DNA of 64,000 nt from Neodothiora populina (lineage: Eukaryota): the NCBI RefSeq assembly GCF_041146345.1, contig NW_027191409.1, positions 1,240,001-1,304,000 of the forward strand. Direction: 5' to 3'. The position numbers and the translations under genes are program-made. The notes below the pieces were generated by a model, which was not told the DNA's origin, ran no database searches, and was given only the letters and a program-made list of their open reading frames with translations. Of this stretch, positions 61,127 to 64,000 are shown piece after piece (the stretch's first letter is position 1; every line of letters begins with the position of its first letter).

Positions 61127-64000
61127 ATGGACAACGCCTACGTGCGTTCTGTGCAAGATGTCTTGGGTCACTTTGATGTGACCGAGCAGGCTGGTCTTTC
61201 CGAGGCTCAAGTCACTGCTTCGAGGGAAAAGCATGGTAAAAACGGTATGTTCTCTCCTCCCCTTTCCTCCCTTCTGTTTGTCTGCACTAGACTTTCTATC
61301 ATCGCCGGATGAAAGATGAGTACTGATAAGTCTGCTTTCTATAGCGCTCCCTGAAGACCCGCCGACTCCTCTCTGGGAACTCATCTTTGAGCAATTCAAG
61401 GATCAATTAGTCATAATCCTACTGGCTTCCGCCGCAATCTCCTTCGTCCTCGCGCTGTTTGAAGATGGCGACGACTGGACCGCCTTTGTCGATCCCGTGG
61501 TTGTATGTGTTGAACAGCCGAATATCCAAGCTCGAAGGTGCCAGAGACACTGATGCTTCCTCTAGATCCTAACCATCCTCATCCTCAATGCCGTCGTCGG
61601 CGTGTCGCAAGAATCCTCGGCCGAGAAGGCCATCGCCGCCCTGCAAGAGTACAGCGCCAACGAGGCCAAGGTTCACCGCAATGGAAAGATTCAGCGCGTC
61701 AAGGCAGAAGAGTTGGTTCCCGGAGACGTCATTGTCATCTCCGTTGGTGATCGCATTCCGGCCGACTGCCGCGTCCTCAGCATCCACAGCAACTCCTTCC
61801 GCATCGATCAGTCTATCCTGACTGGCGAGTCCGAGAGTGTTGGCAAAGACGTCGCCCCGATCAAGGACGATGACGCTGTCAAGCAGGATCAGATCAACAT
61901 GCTCTTCTCTGGAACCACTGTCGTTACTGGACACGCCAATGCCATTGTTGTTCTTACCGGTCCCAACACTGCGATCGGTGATATCCACGAGAGCATCACC
62001 GCGCAGATCTCCCAGCCTACGCCTCTCAAGGAGAAGCTCAACGACTTCGGAGACATGCTCGCCAAGGTCATCACCGTCATCTGTATTCTGGTCTGGTTGA
62101 TCAACATCCGTCATTTCAGCGACCCCAGCCACGGCTCTTTCGCCAAGGGCGCCATCTACTACCTCAAGATTGCCGTTTCTCTCGGTGTCGCTGCCATTCC
62201 CGAAGGTCTCGCCGTTGTCATCACTACCTGTCTCGCTCTCGGAACCCGTAAGATGGCCGCCAAAAATGCCGTCGTCCGCAGCTTGCCCTCCGTCGAGACT
62301 CTCGGAAGCTGCAGCGTCATCTGCTCTGACAAGACCGGAACCCTTACCACAAACCAGATGAGCGTGAACAAGGTCGTCTTTGTCAACGAGTCTGGCACTG
62401 GCCTCGAAGAAATGCAGGTTGAAGGTACTAGCTTTGCTCCTGCTGGTGTTGTGTCTCTGAATGGAAAGCATGTCGAGAGCCCCGCTGCTGTTTATCCCAC
62501 TGTCGCACAGATAACCGAAGTCGCCGCACTCTGCAACGATGCCAAAATCTCGTATGATGCCGAGAAGGGCGCTTACACAAATGTTGGCGAGCCTACCGAA
62601 GGTGCTCTCAGAGTCCTGGCCGAGAAGATCGGAACTCGCGATGCAACCCACAACGCGAGCAAGGCCTCTGCTTCTCCCGAACAACTTCTCCACCACTCCA
62701 GCGCACACTACGAAAAGCTTGCCAAGAGATTGTCCACCTATGAATTCTCCCGTGACAGGAAATCCATGTCGGTCTTGGTCGGTGACGGAACTACGCAGAG
62801 GCTACTTGTCAAGGGTGCCCCTGAATCCATCCTTGATCGCTGCACTTACGTCCTCACGGGTACCGGTGGCAAGAGATCCGCAATGACTGAACAAATCGCC
62901 TCGCTCCTCCAAAAGGAAGTTGTTGAATACGGTAGCCGTGGTCTTCGTATCATGGCACTTGCCAGTGTTGACAACGTCTCTACTCCTCTTGCCAAATCCG
63001 CCAAGACCTCCGCCGAATATCTCCAGCTCGAGCAGAACATGACTTTGCTCGGTCTGGTCGCAATGTTGGATCCCCCGAGACCCGAAGTCAAGGACAGCAT
63101 TCGCCTTTGCCGTAACGCCGGTATTCGCGTCATTGTCATCACTGGAGATAACCAAGCAACCGCCGAGACCATCTGTCGCCAGATTGGTGTCTTTGGCGAG
63201 AATGAGGATCTTACTGGCAAGTCTTTCACCGGTCGTCAATTTGATCAGCTTTCCGAGAGCGAGCAGCTTGAGGCAGCAAAGAAAGCATCCCTCTTCTCTC
63301 GCACCGAACCCAGCCACAAGGCCAAGCTCGTTGATCTCCTCCAGTCTACCGGTGAGGTCGTCGCCATGACTGGTGATGGTGTCAACGATGCCCCTGCTCT
63401 CAAGAAGTCTGATATTGGTGTCGCCATGGGCACTGGTACTGATGTTGCCAAGCTCGCCGCCGATATGGTTCTTGCAGATGACAACTTTGCCACGATCGAG
63501 GCCGCCGTCGAGGAAGGTCGCTCCATCTACAACAACACCCAGCAGTTCATCCGTTATCTCATCTCGTCCAACATCGGCGAGGTCGTGTCTATTTTCCTCA
63601 CTGCAGCGCTCGGCATGCCTGAGGCTTTGATTCCCGTGCAACTGCTCTGGGTCAACTTGGTTACCGATGGTCTCCCTGCCACCGCCCTCAGTTTCAACCC
63701 CAAGGATCATGATGTAATGAAGCGTCCCCCAAGAAAGAGAGATGAGCCTCTCGTCAGCGGCTGGTTGTTCTTCAGATACATGGTCATCGGCACTTATGTT
63801 GGTATTGCCACTGTTGGTGGCTACGCATGGTGGTTCATGTACGCAGCTCAGGGACCGCAGATCAGCTTTTACGAGTTGGTGAGTTTTTGTCCCTCCCTAA
63901 TCTTTCACCTACTATCCGTGCCGCACAACAAGATTGCTAACATGTTGGAATAGTCTCATTTCCACTCCTGCAAGAACTTCACCACAGGTCTCGACTGCTC
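61127..64000 (+). CDS. nca-1: SERCA-type P2A Ca2+-ATPase (NCA-1-like), partial; exons 61127-61244, 61345-61502, 61566-63878, 63954->64000
   Basis: [58 protein letters not shown] and [11 protein letters not shown]. Confidence 0.96.

Noticed and set aside
19483..64000. CRZ1 and the SERCA Ca2+ pump in the same window as a possible calcium cluster
   Set aside because: They are about 40 kb apart with many unrelated genes between them, so the proximity is probably coincidental.

Overview
Gene-dense, intron-containing genomic DNA of a filamentous ascomycete (Pezizomycotina; Dothideomycete affinity is only my inference). It holds about 24 protein-coding genes, with exon structures rebuilt from GT/GC-AG sites and CTRAC branch points. 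Most are housekeeping genes: RRP43 (3' end), DOT5/BCP peroxiredoxin, NCBP3, SEC23, CRZ1, YIF1, UBC9, PEX19, CYP15/PPWD1, FAP1/NF-X1, DEN1, SET1 and a SERCA-type Ca2+-ATPase (5' part). Two functional clusters stand out. (1) A copper-acquisition module at 0.8-6.7 kb: a GPI-anchored His-brace Bim1/X325 protein, a Ctr Cu(I) permease and a divergent metalloreductase with an N-terminal Met-rich motif and a Cys-rich insert; the ctr/fre shared promoter carries a palindromic Mac1-type element. (2) A protocatechuate-branch beta-ketoadipate cluster at 26.3-32.0 kb (prcA-like, CMLE/cmcA, chdA-like). Other oddities: a strongly folded long intron splitting the peroxidatic Cys codon of DOT5, an in-frame GC-AG intron in SEC23, a frameshift at a G6 run in YIF1, putative Crz1 autoregulatory sites, and an orphan FAD-monooxygenase fused to a membrane domain. 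I found no tRNA, rRNA, CRISPR array or intact transposon. All family assignments come from motif recognition; no searches were run.
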